64,000 nt of DNA, taken from an uncultured Patescibacteria group bacterium. Lineage in GTDB: Bacteria; Patescibacteriota; Microgenomatia; UBA10105; UBA927. Position numbers and translations under genes: made by a program. The DNA is taken from the NCBI GenBank assembly GCA_937921305.1, contig CAKZSU010000005.1, positions 74,740 to 138,739 of the forward strand, read 5' to 3'. This document shows positions 51,843 through 60,906 of the stretch, in pieces (the stretch's first letter is position 1; each line of letters opens with the position of its first letter). The notes beneath the pieces were generated by a model. That model had not been told where the DNA came from, made no database searches, and saw only the letters and a program-made list of their open reading frames with translations.

Positions 51843-52427
51843 TTATAGATATGGCTCGCCTTGTTCTATGCGTATATGAATATCTTTGTTGTTGCTGTTG
51901 TTTTTTGTTTGTGTTACGCGAATTGTTGTCGAGGATTCTTGCGGTTTTTTTGTTATTTCAATCGTAAGTGTTGTATTGTCTTTTTCCGCACCAAGTTTAT
52001 TCACGACTGTTCCGTTCGTGTTTGTTTTTGCGAATGTTTTGGATCGATACCCGTTTGTTTGAATGTATTGTTCATACCATGTTGTGATAATTTCCGGCGT
52101 ATCGTTACCTTGGAGGATAAGTGATTGTTCTGACGAAGAGATAATCTTGCTGTTCGGATAAAAGAAATCATTGAGCGATTGAGGCTTCTCGGGTTTTGTT
52201 GGATGTGTCGTTGGTGTTGAGAATGGCGTTTGTGTTGAAGAGAGATGCTTGGTTGGTTGTTGAGTCAGAGTTGCTGTGGGAGATGATTCTTCTTGCGTTG
52301 GCGTGCGTTGATCTGTTGCCTCCTGTATTTTTTGATTTATTGTTGTGTTTTCTCGCAATGATTGTCGCGTGAGAAGCGCTCCGGAAAGAAACACTGCAAT
52401 AACAATAAGAATAATTGCAGAATGCAT
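51843..52427 (-). CDS. membrane-anchored hypothetical protein with Thr/Pro/Gln-rich linker
   Basis: TM helix MHSAIILIVIAVFLSGALL, TPTQEESSPTATLTQQPT linker, C-terminal globular part. Confidence 0.45.
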   Translation of the reverse strand: MHSAIILIVIAVFLSGALLTRQSLRENTTINQKIQEATDQRTPTQEESSPTATLTQQPTKHLSSTQTPFSTPTTHPTKPEKPQSLNDFFYPNSKIISSSEQSLILQGNDTPEIITTWYEQYIQTNGYRSKTFAKTNTNGTVVNKLGAEKDNTTLTIEITKKPQESSTTIRVTQTKNNSNNKDIHIRIEQGEPYL

Positions 52428-52576
52428 ATATCGAATTATCTTAGAGGATGATTGCGATGAAGGCAAGTGGTCGAAGTTTAAACAAGATAAGACATCAAGA
52501 CAAGATCTTGCAAGAAGATGCTAAACCGAGTTTAGCATGACAGACGGTAAGCTTCATGGTGTAAAATTATCTTTCT

Positions 52577-53227
52577 ATGTCTGAACGATTGCGATTCCAT
52601 GATGTTCTTACCCTCTCCCCGATTGAGATTCGCTATGTCGCTTCTTGTCATCCGTTCTCTGATCGTCCAGGAATCGAGGCATGTCGAAGTATGAGCGGTT
52701 GTCTTCGGTCCTATGTTGTATCTTCTCCTCAAGCATCGTTGACAGTTTCTCTTGCTGATATTGCTGAGCCGTATCCGCATTTGACTCGTCTCGCGCGATC
52801 TGGACTATTTCAAAAGATATCTCCTCAAGCATATTTTGAAGGAGTTTCGTTTCCTTCTGCAGAATCTTCACTTGTGTTTCACAATCCCGGCTTGTATCTT
52901 TTCGCGAAACGGGCAATCCGTCAACGATTGCCTCCGGAAGTGTTGCGCTCAATTGTTGATCATATAGACGGATGTTCGGTAAAACCAGCATATCGAGATG
53001 AGCATAGTCGATGGATTCAGACGACTTATGGCTCTACAAGATTGATTGCCGTTGATCTTTCGTTTTTAACTCATGATGATCACTCCACACCATTTCTTCT
53101 TACGCATGGATATGCTGCTGATGGTAATCATTGCGCGATTCGGTATATTTCAGAGGAAGAATATAATATGTTTCATGCATGGTTTATGGAGAGAAAAAGA
53201 TTATCTCTGTTAATAAAAAGTAAATAA
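52577..53227 (+). CDS. hypothetical protein; coding strand ambiguous because a 127-aa ORF lies antisense
   Basis: 216-aa ORF with T-rich third codon positions, like neighbouring genes. No family recognised. Confidence 0.4.
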   Translation: MSERLRFHDVLTLSPIEIRYVASCHPFSDRPGIEACRSMSGCLRSYVVSSPQASLTVSLADIAEPYPHLTRLARSGLFQKISPQAYFEGVSFPSAESSLVFHNPGLYLFAKRAIRQRLPPEVLRSIVDHIDGCSVKPAYRDEHSRWIQTTYGSTRLIAVDLSFLTHDDHSTPFLLTHGYAADGNHCAIRYISEEEYNMFHAWFMERKRLSLLIKSK

Positions 53228-53260
53228 TCTTTAATTACATCATATAATTGGAATACCTAC

Positions 53261-54679
53261 ATGAATAATCGAATAATAGTATTGAAGCGTTTCATTCTGA
53301 TTGATATTCTTGCTTGTGTCGCAACGGGGCTTTTTATTTTTGCTGGGACAATGGTATCGCTCCATCGATTTTGGCAATATGAAGTGTTTTATTATAATTT
53401 TGGGATTTTTGATCAAGCAATTTGGCATGTTTCTCGATTCCGTCCACCAATTATCGAGCATTTATTGGTTGGCGGAAAACCACTGTTCGCTGATCATTTT
53501 GATGTGAGTATTCTGCTTCTTGCGCCGTTATTCTGGATAACAGACAGAAGCGAGATATTGTTAGTTGCGCAAGCGGTGTTTACTGGTCTTGCTGGATTGA
53601 TTATTTATGCGATTGGCGTTCATGCGCTTCGCGATAAGCTCATGGCGTTGGCGATTTTGCTCTGTTACTTTTTCTTTGTTGGCATTCAAAGCGCGGTAAT
53701 TACTGATTTTCATGATCTTACGGTCATGACCCTTCCTTTAGCGCTGACTTTTTGGGCGATTGTGAAAGGTCATTTGAAGACATTTTGGTTGTTTTTTTTG
53801 ATCACCATAGGATTTAAGGAAGTAACAGTATTGCTTGGCATCAGCATCGCGTTGTTTCTTATCATGTATCGTCCATCTTGGAAGATTCATGGGGTGATTG
53901 CGATCGTTTTCTCCCTTACGTGGGGAGCGCTTACATTTAAGGTATTGATTCCTTATTTTTCTGGTGGGATCTATTTGCATCAACCCGTGTTTCCGGAAAC
54001 GATTGGAGGGAAAATTTCGGCGTTGTGGGATCATCCGTTGAAACGGACTACCGTTTGGTATAGTTTGCTCCAATTTGGATTCTTGCCGATCTTTTTTCCC
54101 GCGATGTGGTTTGCTATCGTGCAAGACTATGTGGTCCGTTTTCTTCCTAAGTTTGTTGAAACGCGATGGTCGCTCGGGCTTCAGTATAATGCGCCGGTAT
54201 CGGTCTTGCTTGGCGTCGCATCTGTGTTTGGGTATGCGTTGATACAAAAGCTCGTTAGGTCGTTCCGATATCTCATTGCGTTGTTTCTTGTAGGAAACGC
54301 GTTTGTGTTATTTCGATTTGTTCATCACGGACCGTTTCTTTTAGCCGTGAATCCCGCGTTTTATGAGCATACAAACAATTTCCATTTTCTTGACGAGGCG
54401 ATTGCGGTGATTCCAAAAGATGCATCGATCATGACGCAAAACAATCTTGGGGCTCGATTCACGCATCAGCGGTTTATGTATCTTCGTTTGAATTATGAAT
54501 CGTTTGCTCCTGATTATATTTTGCTTGATGCGCGAGAAGGACAAAATCCGAATAATACGCTCTTTAGCGGATCGATTGAACAAATACTAAAAAAAGTGCG
54601 GTCTGACGAGCAGTATGAACTCATTTATCATCGCGGCGATCAATACGTGTTTAGAAGACGCCCTCGTGAAGAAAAGTAA
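53261..54679 (+). CDS. DUF2079-family polytopic membrane protein (GT-C-like)
   Basis: YNFGIFDQAIWHVSRF matches the DUF2079 FD.GIFDQ signature. About 11 TM helices, 472 aa. Confidence 0.65.
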   Translation: MNNRIIVLKRFILIDILACVATGLFIFAGTMVSLHRFWQYEVFYYNFGIFDQAIWHVSRFRPPIIEHLLVGGKPLFADHFDVSILLLAPLFWITDRSEILLVAQAVFTGLAGLIIYAIGVHALRDKLMALAILLCYFFFVGIQSAVITDFHDLTVMTLPLALTFWAIVKGHLKTFWLFFLITIGFKEVTVLLGISIALFLIMYRPSWKIHGVIAIVFSLTWGALTFKVLIPYFSGGIYLHQPVFPETIGGKISALWDHPLKRTTVWYSLLQFGFLPIFFPAMWFAIVQDYVVRFLPKFVETRWSLGLQYNAPVSVLLGVASVFGYALIQKLVRSFRYLIALFLVGNAFVLFRFVHHGPFLLAVNPAFYEHTNNFHFLDEAIAVIPKDASIMTQNNLGARFTHQRFMYLRLNYESFAPDYILLDAREGQNPNNTLFSGSIEQILKKVRSDEQYELIYHRGDQYVFRRRPREEK

Positions 54680-54680
54680 T

Positions 54681-55333
54681 TTATTCTTTTGTTTTCTTTG
54701 TTAAGAAGGCTACCGCCATCCCAAGATTGAAGTATCGTTCTTTCAAAATGCGAAAGTTCGATTCAAGAATGTGTGTTCTTAGTTTTTTCGCGGTATATTC
54801 TTGAATATGCGCGTCTTCCCAGACGCCATGCCGCATGTGCGTCCACCAATGCCATACAAGGCGAAACATCCAATTCCCGAATCCATTTCTATAACCGCAT
54901 ATCCGTTTGGCGAGAGAACGCGTTGAATTTCCGATAAGACTTGATGCGGATCGATGACATGTTCAAGTATTTCGCAACAGAGCACTAAGTCTTGGGAGTT
55001 GTCCTCCAGGGGAATGGTGTGGCCATCCGCTTCAAGAAATGTGATATGCGGATAGGTTTTTTTCGCGTAGGCAATGGCTTTATCATAGACATCGATTCCG
55101 GTCGACCGAGCTTCTTGATATCGTTTCGCCACTTCGGAAAGAAACCATCCGCTTGCCGATCCAACATCAAGGATTGTTGTTGGCTTATGAGGAATTAAAG
55201 AAAGAACTGTTCGCAATTTATTGGTATGCCAAATGCGCTGCAATATGTTCCGTTGAATGCCTGTTTGGTAGTAATCTGGAGGGACAGCATCCCAGATTTT
55301 TTTTAGTTCTTCAGCAGTTGGAAGTTGATCCAT
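54681..55333 (-). pseudogene. class I SAM-dependent methyltransferase gene interrupted by a frameshift near 54875-54895
   Basis: ORF 54779-55333 has motif I ILDVGSASGWF and post-I VLCCEILEHV..LSPNGYAVIE, then a junk tail. The second frame (54681-54869) encodes a typical methyltransferase C-terminus (FRLVWHWWTHMRHGVWEDAHIQEYTAKKLRTHILESNFRILKERYFN) and stays open upstream past the other ORF's end. Confidence 0.5.
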
Positions 55334-55384
55334 TCATTAATTATCCTATAAAGGAGAAAACAACGGCAAGAAGATAATGTTTAG

Positions 55385-55458
55385 TGACCGTTGAGGGATT
55401 TGAACCCCCGACCTTTGCAATGTGAATGCAACGCTCTTACCAACTGAGCTAAACGGTC
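55385..55458 (-). tRNA. tRNA-Val (anticodon CAC)
   Basis: Reverse complement GACCGTTTAGCTCAGTTGGTAAGAGCGTTGCATTCACATTGCAAAGGTCGGGGGTTCAAATCCCTCAACGGTCA folds as a cloverleaf: 7-bp acceptor, D-loop AGTTGGTA, anticodon loop TTCACAT, T-loop TTCAAAT. CCA is not encoded. Confidence 0.85.
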
Positions 55459-55492
55459 AGGAAAGAGGATGCTTCTTGAGTATGATATCACA

Positions 55493-56113
55493 TCATCCTG
55501 TTTGCGTTGAAGGTGTTCTATCCGCGGAAAGACCAAATTTTGTCCCATGCTTTTTATACATCGCCCAATACCCTTTTCTCTTTTTTCGTTCATATGAAAG
55601 TTGGAGCCACTCTCTGCTTTCATTGACCCGTTTTCGAATCATCTGCAATACTCGTCTAAGTCTCTCAAAAAAATGAACATGATAAACTCCTGGATCAACA
55701 GGAGTCTCCATGATCGCTTTTTCGACTTCTTGATTAAGTTGCCCTATGGATTGTGCAAGTAAAAGCAGTTCTGCGCGGACTGCTTCTAATTGTTGTTTTG
55801 TTCTTCGTTCTTCTTCCGATATTTTCTCCGGAGAAAGAATGTCTGGTTTTTGGGTCATTTCACCTTTTTCTTTTGGCGAGAATGGGAATGACTCAAATGG
55901 ATTGCTGGTGAATTCTCCGGATCGAGGCGTTTGTCCAAACAACGATTGAAATCCGTCGGAAATCATTCCTTTTCCTACATCATTTTTCAATGTTTGCGTC
56001 ACACCAGTTCCCAAATCTCGGAATGCTTCGAGGATACTATCATGATTGATTGGCATTCTCGGTTTTTGGTTTGGTTTTGGTGATGATTGAAAGATATTTG
56101 TCGATTTGTTCAT
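55493..56113 (-). CDS. hypothetical protein
   Basis: 206-aa ORF: disordered Ser/Pro-rich N-terminal half, helical C-terminal half. No family recognised. Confidence 0.4.
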   Translation of the reverse strand: MNKSTNIFQSSPKPNQKPRMPINHDSILEAFRDLGTGVTQTLKNDVGKGMISDGFQSLFGQTPRSGEFTSNPFESFPFSPKEKGEMTQKPDILSPEKISEEERRTKQQLEAVRAELLLLAQSIGQLNQEVEKAIMETPVDPGVYHVHFFERLRRVLQMIRKRVNESREWLQLSYERKKRKGYWAMYKKHGTKFGLSADRTPSTQTG

Positions 56114-56128
56114 AGAGTTATTCGTACC

Positions 56129-56989
56129 CTACGCGATCTGCGCCAAAAAATCAATGGTTTTTTGTCTTCTGAGAATAGAAGCGAGGTGGTATCGTTGTCC
56201 TTCTAGCGTCTTTCGTTCTTCATCAGTTTTTGCTGTTTTAATTACTGCGTCAATATCTTCGTCGGATACGACAATGCCTTCCTTATCCGCAATTTCTTCA
56301 AGACCGAACTCTAGCTTGATAGTTTCTTCCGCTTGCTTTTCGTATTCTTTTCGGATGCTTTCGCTTGTCTTCCCTGTGGCACTCAGATATTGTTCAACGG
56401 TTAATCCAAGTGTTCGTGTTTGATCAATGAGTTGAGATAGCAATCTATTAACTTCTTGTTCTATTAAAAGTTTCGGTATTGTAATGGTGATTGCTTTACT
56501 TGTCCACTGAAGGATCTCTTCAATGTTTGGTTTTTTCTTTTGTTCTTCTTCTTTTTCTTTTTCCTGTCCTGGAAGCCAGATTTTCTTATATCTCGACGAT
56601 CGTTCTTCCGAAAGAATTTTTTTGTAGTCGAGAAGCGTCACCGTTGGTCGTTCACAAGTAGAAATGACAACGATCCAGTCTTCTCCTTCTTTTGCTTGTT
56701 TGAGTTCAATTTTTGGAGAAATAATTGGTTTAAGTTGTTCTTTTTCGATAACTTCCGTATAAACGTTTGGAAGAAGTTTTTTGATGACTTCTTCATACAC
56801 TCTTGACCGATCGATTTTTTCCTCGACCATGTGGCGAGGAGCTTTTCCTTTTCGAAATCCTGGGAGCTCTGTTTCTTTTACGATGTCGTCTACGACAGCG
56901 TCGTACACCGCTGAAACATCTGCCCATGGGATTGTTACTGTCAGTTGAATGGTGCCATCATCCTGCTTATGGAACGCGTGAGTAATCAT
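56129..56989 (-). CDS. tig: trigger factor, short form (N-terminal ribosome-binding domain plus helical arm, no obvious PPIase domain)
   Basis: PGFRKGKAPRHMVEEK is the trigger-factor N-domain signature. 286 aa versus ~430 aa typical. Confidence 0.65.
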   Translation of the reverse strand: MITHAFHKQDDGTIQLTVTIPWADVSAVYDAVVDDIVKETELPGFRKGKAPRHMVEEKIDRSRVYEEVIKKLLPNVYTEVIEKEQLKPIISPKIELKQAKEGEDWIVVISTCERPTVTLLDYKKILSEERSSRYKKIWLPGQEKEKEEEQKKKPNIEEILQWTSKAITITIPKLLIEQEVNRLLSQLIDQTRTLGLTVEQYLSATGKTSESIRKEYEKQAEETIKLEFGLEEIADKEGIVVSDEDIDAVIKTAKTDEERKTLEGQRYHLASILRRQKTIDFLAQIA

Positions 56990-57022
56990 AGGATTATTAT
57001 TTTACCATACTATAAGCTCTAA

Positions 57023-57406
57023 TTAAAGACCGAGCGGAAGGACAAGATTTGGGGGATTGAGGGAAGGATCGTCTTTTGAGAAGTCGATCAGTTTTTTTGA
57101 AAATGACGCGATGGTTTCTTCTAACGATATAAATGCGCTTGTTGTCGATATGTTCGTTTGATATCGTATTGGAGTTGGGCTTGGGGTTGGCGTAATGACA
57201 ATCGTTGTTACCTTCGATTCTTCTGGTTTTTTTGTTATCTGTTGTATGGCAATATAGGATCCGATACTAAAAAGAATTCCAATAAACAGAACGATTCCGA
57301 GGAGAATGATGGTGCGTTTTTTGTCTGTGGATTTTTGAGGTGTTGGAGTTGCTTGGGTTGAGACCGGTGATGTTATTGGTTGATTAATAATCGGTTGATT
57401 ATTCAT
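57023..57406 (-). CDS. membrane-anchored hypothetical protein
   Basis: Thr/Pro-rich N-terminus, TM helix IILLGIVLFIGILFSIGSYIAI. Confidence 0.4.
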   Translation of the reverse strand: MNNQPIINQPITSPVSTQATPTPQKSTDKKRTIILLGIVLFIGILFSIGSYIAIQQITKKPEESKVTTIVITPTPSPTPIRYQTNISTTSAFISLEETIASFSKKLIDFSKDDPSLNPPNLVLPLGL

Positions 57407-58220
57407 AAAAATAATCCTTATATTTCATCACTGACATGAGTTCTTTCATGTTTGCTATTCCTTCTTGAAATTCTTGTCTCGCTTGAATTCCTACTGACAC
57501 GACTTCCTCAAATCGTTGGTGGATATCTCTTGAATTTTCAAGCGTTTTTCTCCCTTCTTGAATGATTTGTAGTTTTTGAAGAAAGAGACTTCGTTTGTTG
57601 CTAATTCGTTGAAACCAGCGATCAAGGAGAATATGTCGATCAGTTGGAAGTTCTTGTTTTGCTTCTTCCATGAGAATTTGAGCTGCCATCATGATGCTAC
57701 TATATTCTTGTTCCAATTCTTCAAGCCGAGATTCTGTGAGTCCGATGATGATTTGACGAATCGCCACAGACATTGCGCCATATTGTCGCTCCATGTCTTG
57801 ATTTGCTTTTTCTGCGTCTTTGATTGTTGCGATAGATTCGATAAGCGACGTATGATTTTCAAGAAATTTGATATTATTGTCAATAAGCGTTTGAAACATG
57901 CTTTTATCTTTTTCGTTGACGGTTGATTCGTTTAGTCTCGCTTTAAGGAAAAGAAGATACGCTTGCAGAAGTCTTGCTCTTTGCGCCATCATTTCGCGCG
58001 TTTTGACAATCGCGGTTGTTTCAGATGTGAGTGTTTCAAATTTGAGATATTCATTTTTTGCTATGGAAAACTCGTTATATTTATCTCTATACACATTTGT
58101 TTGATAGAGATAGTCTTGATACATTTGTTGAGACGACGCATGAAGAGGAAAAGGCAAGAGGAAGAAAATAAAGAGTAGTCCTACAAAGAAAATCCATTTG
58201 CTGTTCATGGCGATAGTCAT
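57399..58220 (-). CDS. secreted hypothetical helical protein
   Basis: Signal peptide (MNSKWIFFVGLLFIFFLLPFPLHASS), then coiled-coil-rich sequence. The start may be the internal Met at 58208. Confidence 0.4.
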   Translation of the reverse strand: MTIAMNSKWIFFVGLLFIFFLLPFPLHASSQQMYQDYLYQTNVYRDKYNEFSIAKNEYLKFETLTSETTAIVKTREMMAQRARLLQAYLLFLKARLNESTVNEKDKSMFQTLIDNNIKFLENHTSLIESIATIKDAEKANQDMERQYGAMSVAIRQIIIGLTESRLEELEQEYSSIMMAAQILMEEAKQELPTDRHILLDRWFQRISNKRSLFLQKLQIIQEGRKTLENSRDIHQRFEEVVSVGIQARQEFQEGIANMKELMSVMKYKDYFYE

Positions 58221-58236
58221 CTATAATCGTAGCACA

Positions 58237-58914
58237 ATGGCATGGAAAATCAAACAGAAAGAAGAGTGTTGGAGGAGTATACTTTCGCTCTGCTCTCATG
58301 ATGAAATTCCTACCCTTCTTCTTATGTCTGGAGGATCGTCGTTGCGTGTTATGTATGATTTCTCAAAGCATATTCACACATCGCTTTCGCATGTCACGAT
58401 TGGATTTGTGGACGAGCGATTCGATCCGACGCATAGCAACTATGCCGAATTGATGACAATGTTTCCCGATGTTATGCCAACATTGGCATCGCGAGGCGCG
58501 ACATGGATTGATACGCGTCCACATAAAAAAAATGAGTCAGAGATGGCGGATTGGTACGAAAAAACGCTTTTATTATTCGCTTCTTATCGGTGGATCATAT
58601 TGTTAGGCATGGGAGCAGATGGTCATATTGCTGGCATATTCCCCGACAAAGAGGATATATTCATGAAGCGATTTGTTGCTACCAAGCGGTGGGTTGTGGG
58701 ATATGAAGCAAACACGCGTTTTTCAAAGCGATTTACTTTGACATTTCCTTCGATCTCTCGAGCGGACATAATTCTTGCGTATATTGCGGGAGAAGAAAAA
58801 AAAGACACATTGAGAACCGCGCTTTTTGATGATCTACCGCTTCATGATTGCCCCGCGTCTTTCTTCAAGAACACATCGCAACCATGCGAAATTTACACAG
58901 ATATTGTGTTATAG
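58237..58914 (+). CDS. pgl: 6-phosphogluconolactonase-like protein (NagB/Pgl family)
   Basis: LLMSGGSSL...GFVDERF and GMGADGHIAGIFP match Pgl signatures. Confidence 0.7.
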   Translation: MAWKIKQKEECWRSILSLCSHDEIPTLLLMSGGSSLRVMYDFSKHIHTSLSHVTIGFVDERFDPTHSNYAELMTMFPDVMPTLASRGATWIDTRPHKKNESEMADWYEKTLLLFASYRWIILLGMGADGHIAGIFPDKEDIFMKRFVATKRWVVGYEANTRFSKRFTLTFPSISRADIILAYIAGEEKKDTLRTALFDDLPLHDCPASFFKNTSQPCEIYTDIVL

Positions 58915-58917
58915 ACA

Positions 58918-60906
58918 TTAAGAAGTTAACGCATCAAGAAGGGTTTGTAGCTTAATATACGCGCCGCACACTAGCGAATCTGCTCCTCCATAATAGACGA
59001 TAAGATTTTCTCCTAATATCACCGTTCCGCATCCAAAGACGGTTCCTGGTCGAAGTCCTTCATGGTCATACCATAATTCAGGTTCTAGAATTGGGTGATC
59101 TAATCGGCTGATAATGTACTCTGGATGATCGAGGTGTAAAAGAACTGCTCCTAACCGATACTGTTTATCCCATCGAGAGAGCGCATGATAGATAAGCAAC
59201 CACCCTTTTTCTGTTTTGACTGGCGGACCGGCGATGCCGACTTTTTCACTATCCCATCGGTCATGACGCGGTCGCATCATGATACGACCATGAAGCCATG
59301 GTTTGTTTGGAAATGTTAGATCATCCACTGCGTCGATCCAGATTGATGGGGCGATACGATGAAAAAATACATACCGTCCATCGATTTTTTCTGGAAGCAA
59401 ACACGAATTTTTGTTGTCAATTGAGGGACTAGAAATAAGTTTTGGCATCTCCCAATTCCATCGTTTTTGAAGAAAATCATCCACTGATATTGAAGTCAGA
59501 GCGATACGGGTCGGATTGACGCCATCATATGCGGTGTATGTCATATATATTTTTTCTCCCATCTGGACAAGTCGGGGGTCTTCGCAACCGGAAAATCCCG
59601 GTCGTTTTTTTTGCTCCTCAGGAATTCTCGGGACATACACCGGTTCAGAAAGGCGTTCGTCAATATGCATGCCGTCTTTTGCCGACGCATATCCCAAAAC
59701 AGATGTATCATCGTCTCCTTGTGCTCGGTACAAGATGTGAACTCGTCCATCAAGATAGATCGCTCCGGGATTATAGGTGAATTTTGATTCCCACAGGTGA
59801 TCTTTTATCGGTGTGATAATTGGATTGTTTTCAAATCGTTCAAGTTTTACCACATGCTTGAGAATTTGGGGAACATGTGTTCGTTCCAGCTTTAATTCGT
59901 TAAGTAAGTCATCAGCATCACATAATGCGACGGCACAATAGGTATCCGCCGCGCCATAATAGAGCGATATCATATTATTTATTTTGACTGCTCCGGTGGG
60001 AAAGGTAATTTTTGGAACAACCCCATGAAGTTCGTACTCTGCCTCTGGCATAAGGAGCGGCGACGGGATGACGGATTCAATGCCTTGTGGGGTTTCGTGG
60101 TGCAGAAGCGCCACTTCAACACCAAAGACGCTGTCGCTCATGCCGTAGTTTTGGATGTACGAATAAAAAAAGAGCCAACCGTCTTGCGTTTTGATCGGCG
60201 GCGCTCCCACTTCGATATGATCAATCGGTGACCGCTGAAGCGGAATGGCGTAATTTTCAAATGTTCGATACCATTTGTCCCAAAAAGAGATAGACCACAG
60301 TTCTTCAACAGTATCAACTTGGGCGTAACAAATCCGCGATGGTGGCATATCGGTATGAACGCTGAGAAGCACAGTGACTTTTCCATTGATTCGCTCTGGA
60401 AACAGTGTCATCGCTTTCGCGTTAAATGGGGTTATTAAATATTTCTGAAAACTTTGAAAATTATCGGTGATAGCGACTGCGCATTTAATCCCCGCGGCTG
60501 TGAATGGATAGGTAGAAAGGGCTGTATAAAAAATATAGTACTTTCCTTCAAAATAGGTAATTCGCGGATCTTCGCATCCGTATTGTTCCCACTCATACTC
60601 TGGTACGATAAGTTGTCGTCGTTCGGAAAAGTGAATACCGTCGTGACTTGTAGCATAGCCAATCGTTGATAGTTCCATTTCTTTTCTGTTATGAATCGAT
60701 TTTTTCCCTTGCGCTCGATAGACCATATGATAGGTGTCCATGAAGCGAACGACAGATCCATTAAATGTTGCGACGGCTTCCCAATCGTGCTCAGGATTTG
60801 GTTTAATCAGTGGATTTGCGTTAGATCGTTTAAAGCTGATCATGCAACGGAACTCCTTTCGGTGTATAGGTGTGAACATAATGCAATCGGGTAGATCCAG
60901 TCGCAA
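58918..60906 (-). CDS. two-module GH130-like (DUF377) beta-propeller glycoside phosphorylase/hydrolase
   Basis: Both halves carry GCEDPR(I/L) and YxxYTA(Y/L) motifs (YGCEDPRITYFEGKYYIFYTAL; SGCEDPRLVQMGEKIYMTYTAYDG). 662 aa. Confidence 0.6.
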   Translation of the reverse strand: MRLDLPDCIMFTPIHRKEFRCMISFKRSNANPLIKPNPEHDWEAVATFNGSVVRFMDTYHMVYRAQGKKSIHNRKEMELSTIGYATSHDGIHFSERRQLIVPEYEWEQYGCEDPRITYFEGKYYIFYTALSTYPFTAAGIKCAVAITDNFQSFQKYLITPFNAKAMTLFPERINGKVTVLLSVHTDMPPSRICYAQVDTVEELWSISFWDKWYRTFENYAIPLQRSPIDHIEVGAPPIKTQDGWLFFYSYIQNYGMSDSVFGVEVALLHHETPQGIESVIPSPLLMPEAEYELHGVVPKITFPTGAVKINNMISLYYGAADTYCAVALCDADDLLNELKLERTHVPQILKHVVKLERFENNPIITPIKDHLWESKFTYNPGAIYLDGRVHILYRAQGDDDTSVLGYASAKDGMHIDERLSEPVYVPRIPEEQKKRPGFSGCEDPRLVQMGEKIYMTYTAYDGVNPTRIALTSISVDDFLQKRWNWEMPKLISSPSIDNKNSCLLPEKIDGRYVFFHRIAPSIWIDAVDDLTFPNKPWLHGRIMMRPRHDRWDSEKVGIAGPPVKTEKGWLLIYHALSRWDKQYRLGAVLLHLDHPEYIISRLDHPILEPELWYDHEGLRPGTVFGCGTVILGENLIVYYGGADSLVCGAYIKLQTLLDALTS

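Noticed and set aside
56540-56600. Long poly-pyrimidine tract (ttttttcttttgttcttcttctttttctttttcc)
   Set aside because: It lies within the tig coding sequence, on the antisense of a Lys/Glu-rich linker (EKEKEEEQKKK). It is not an intergenic signal.
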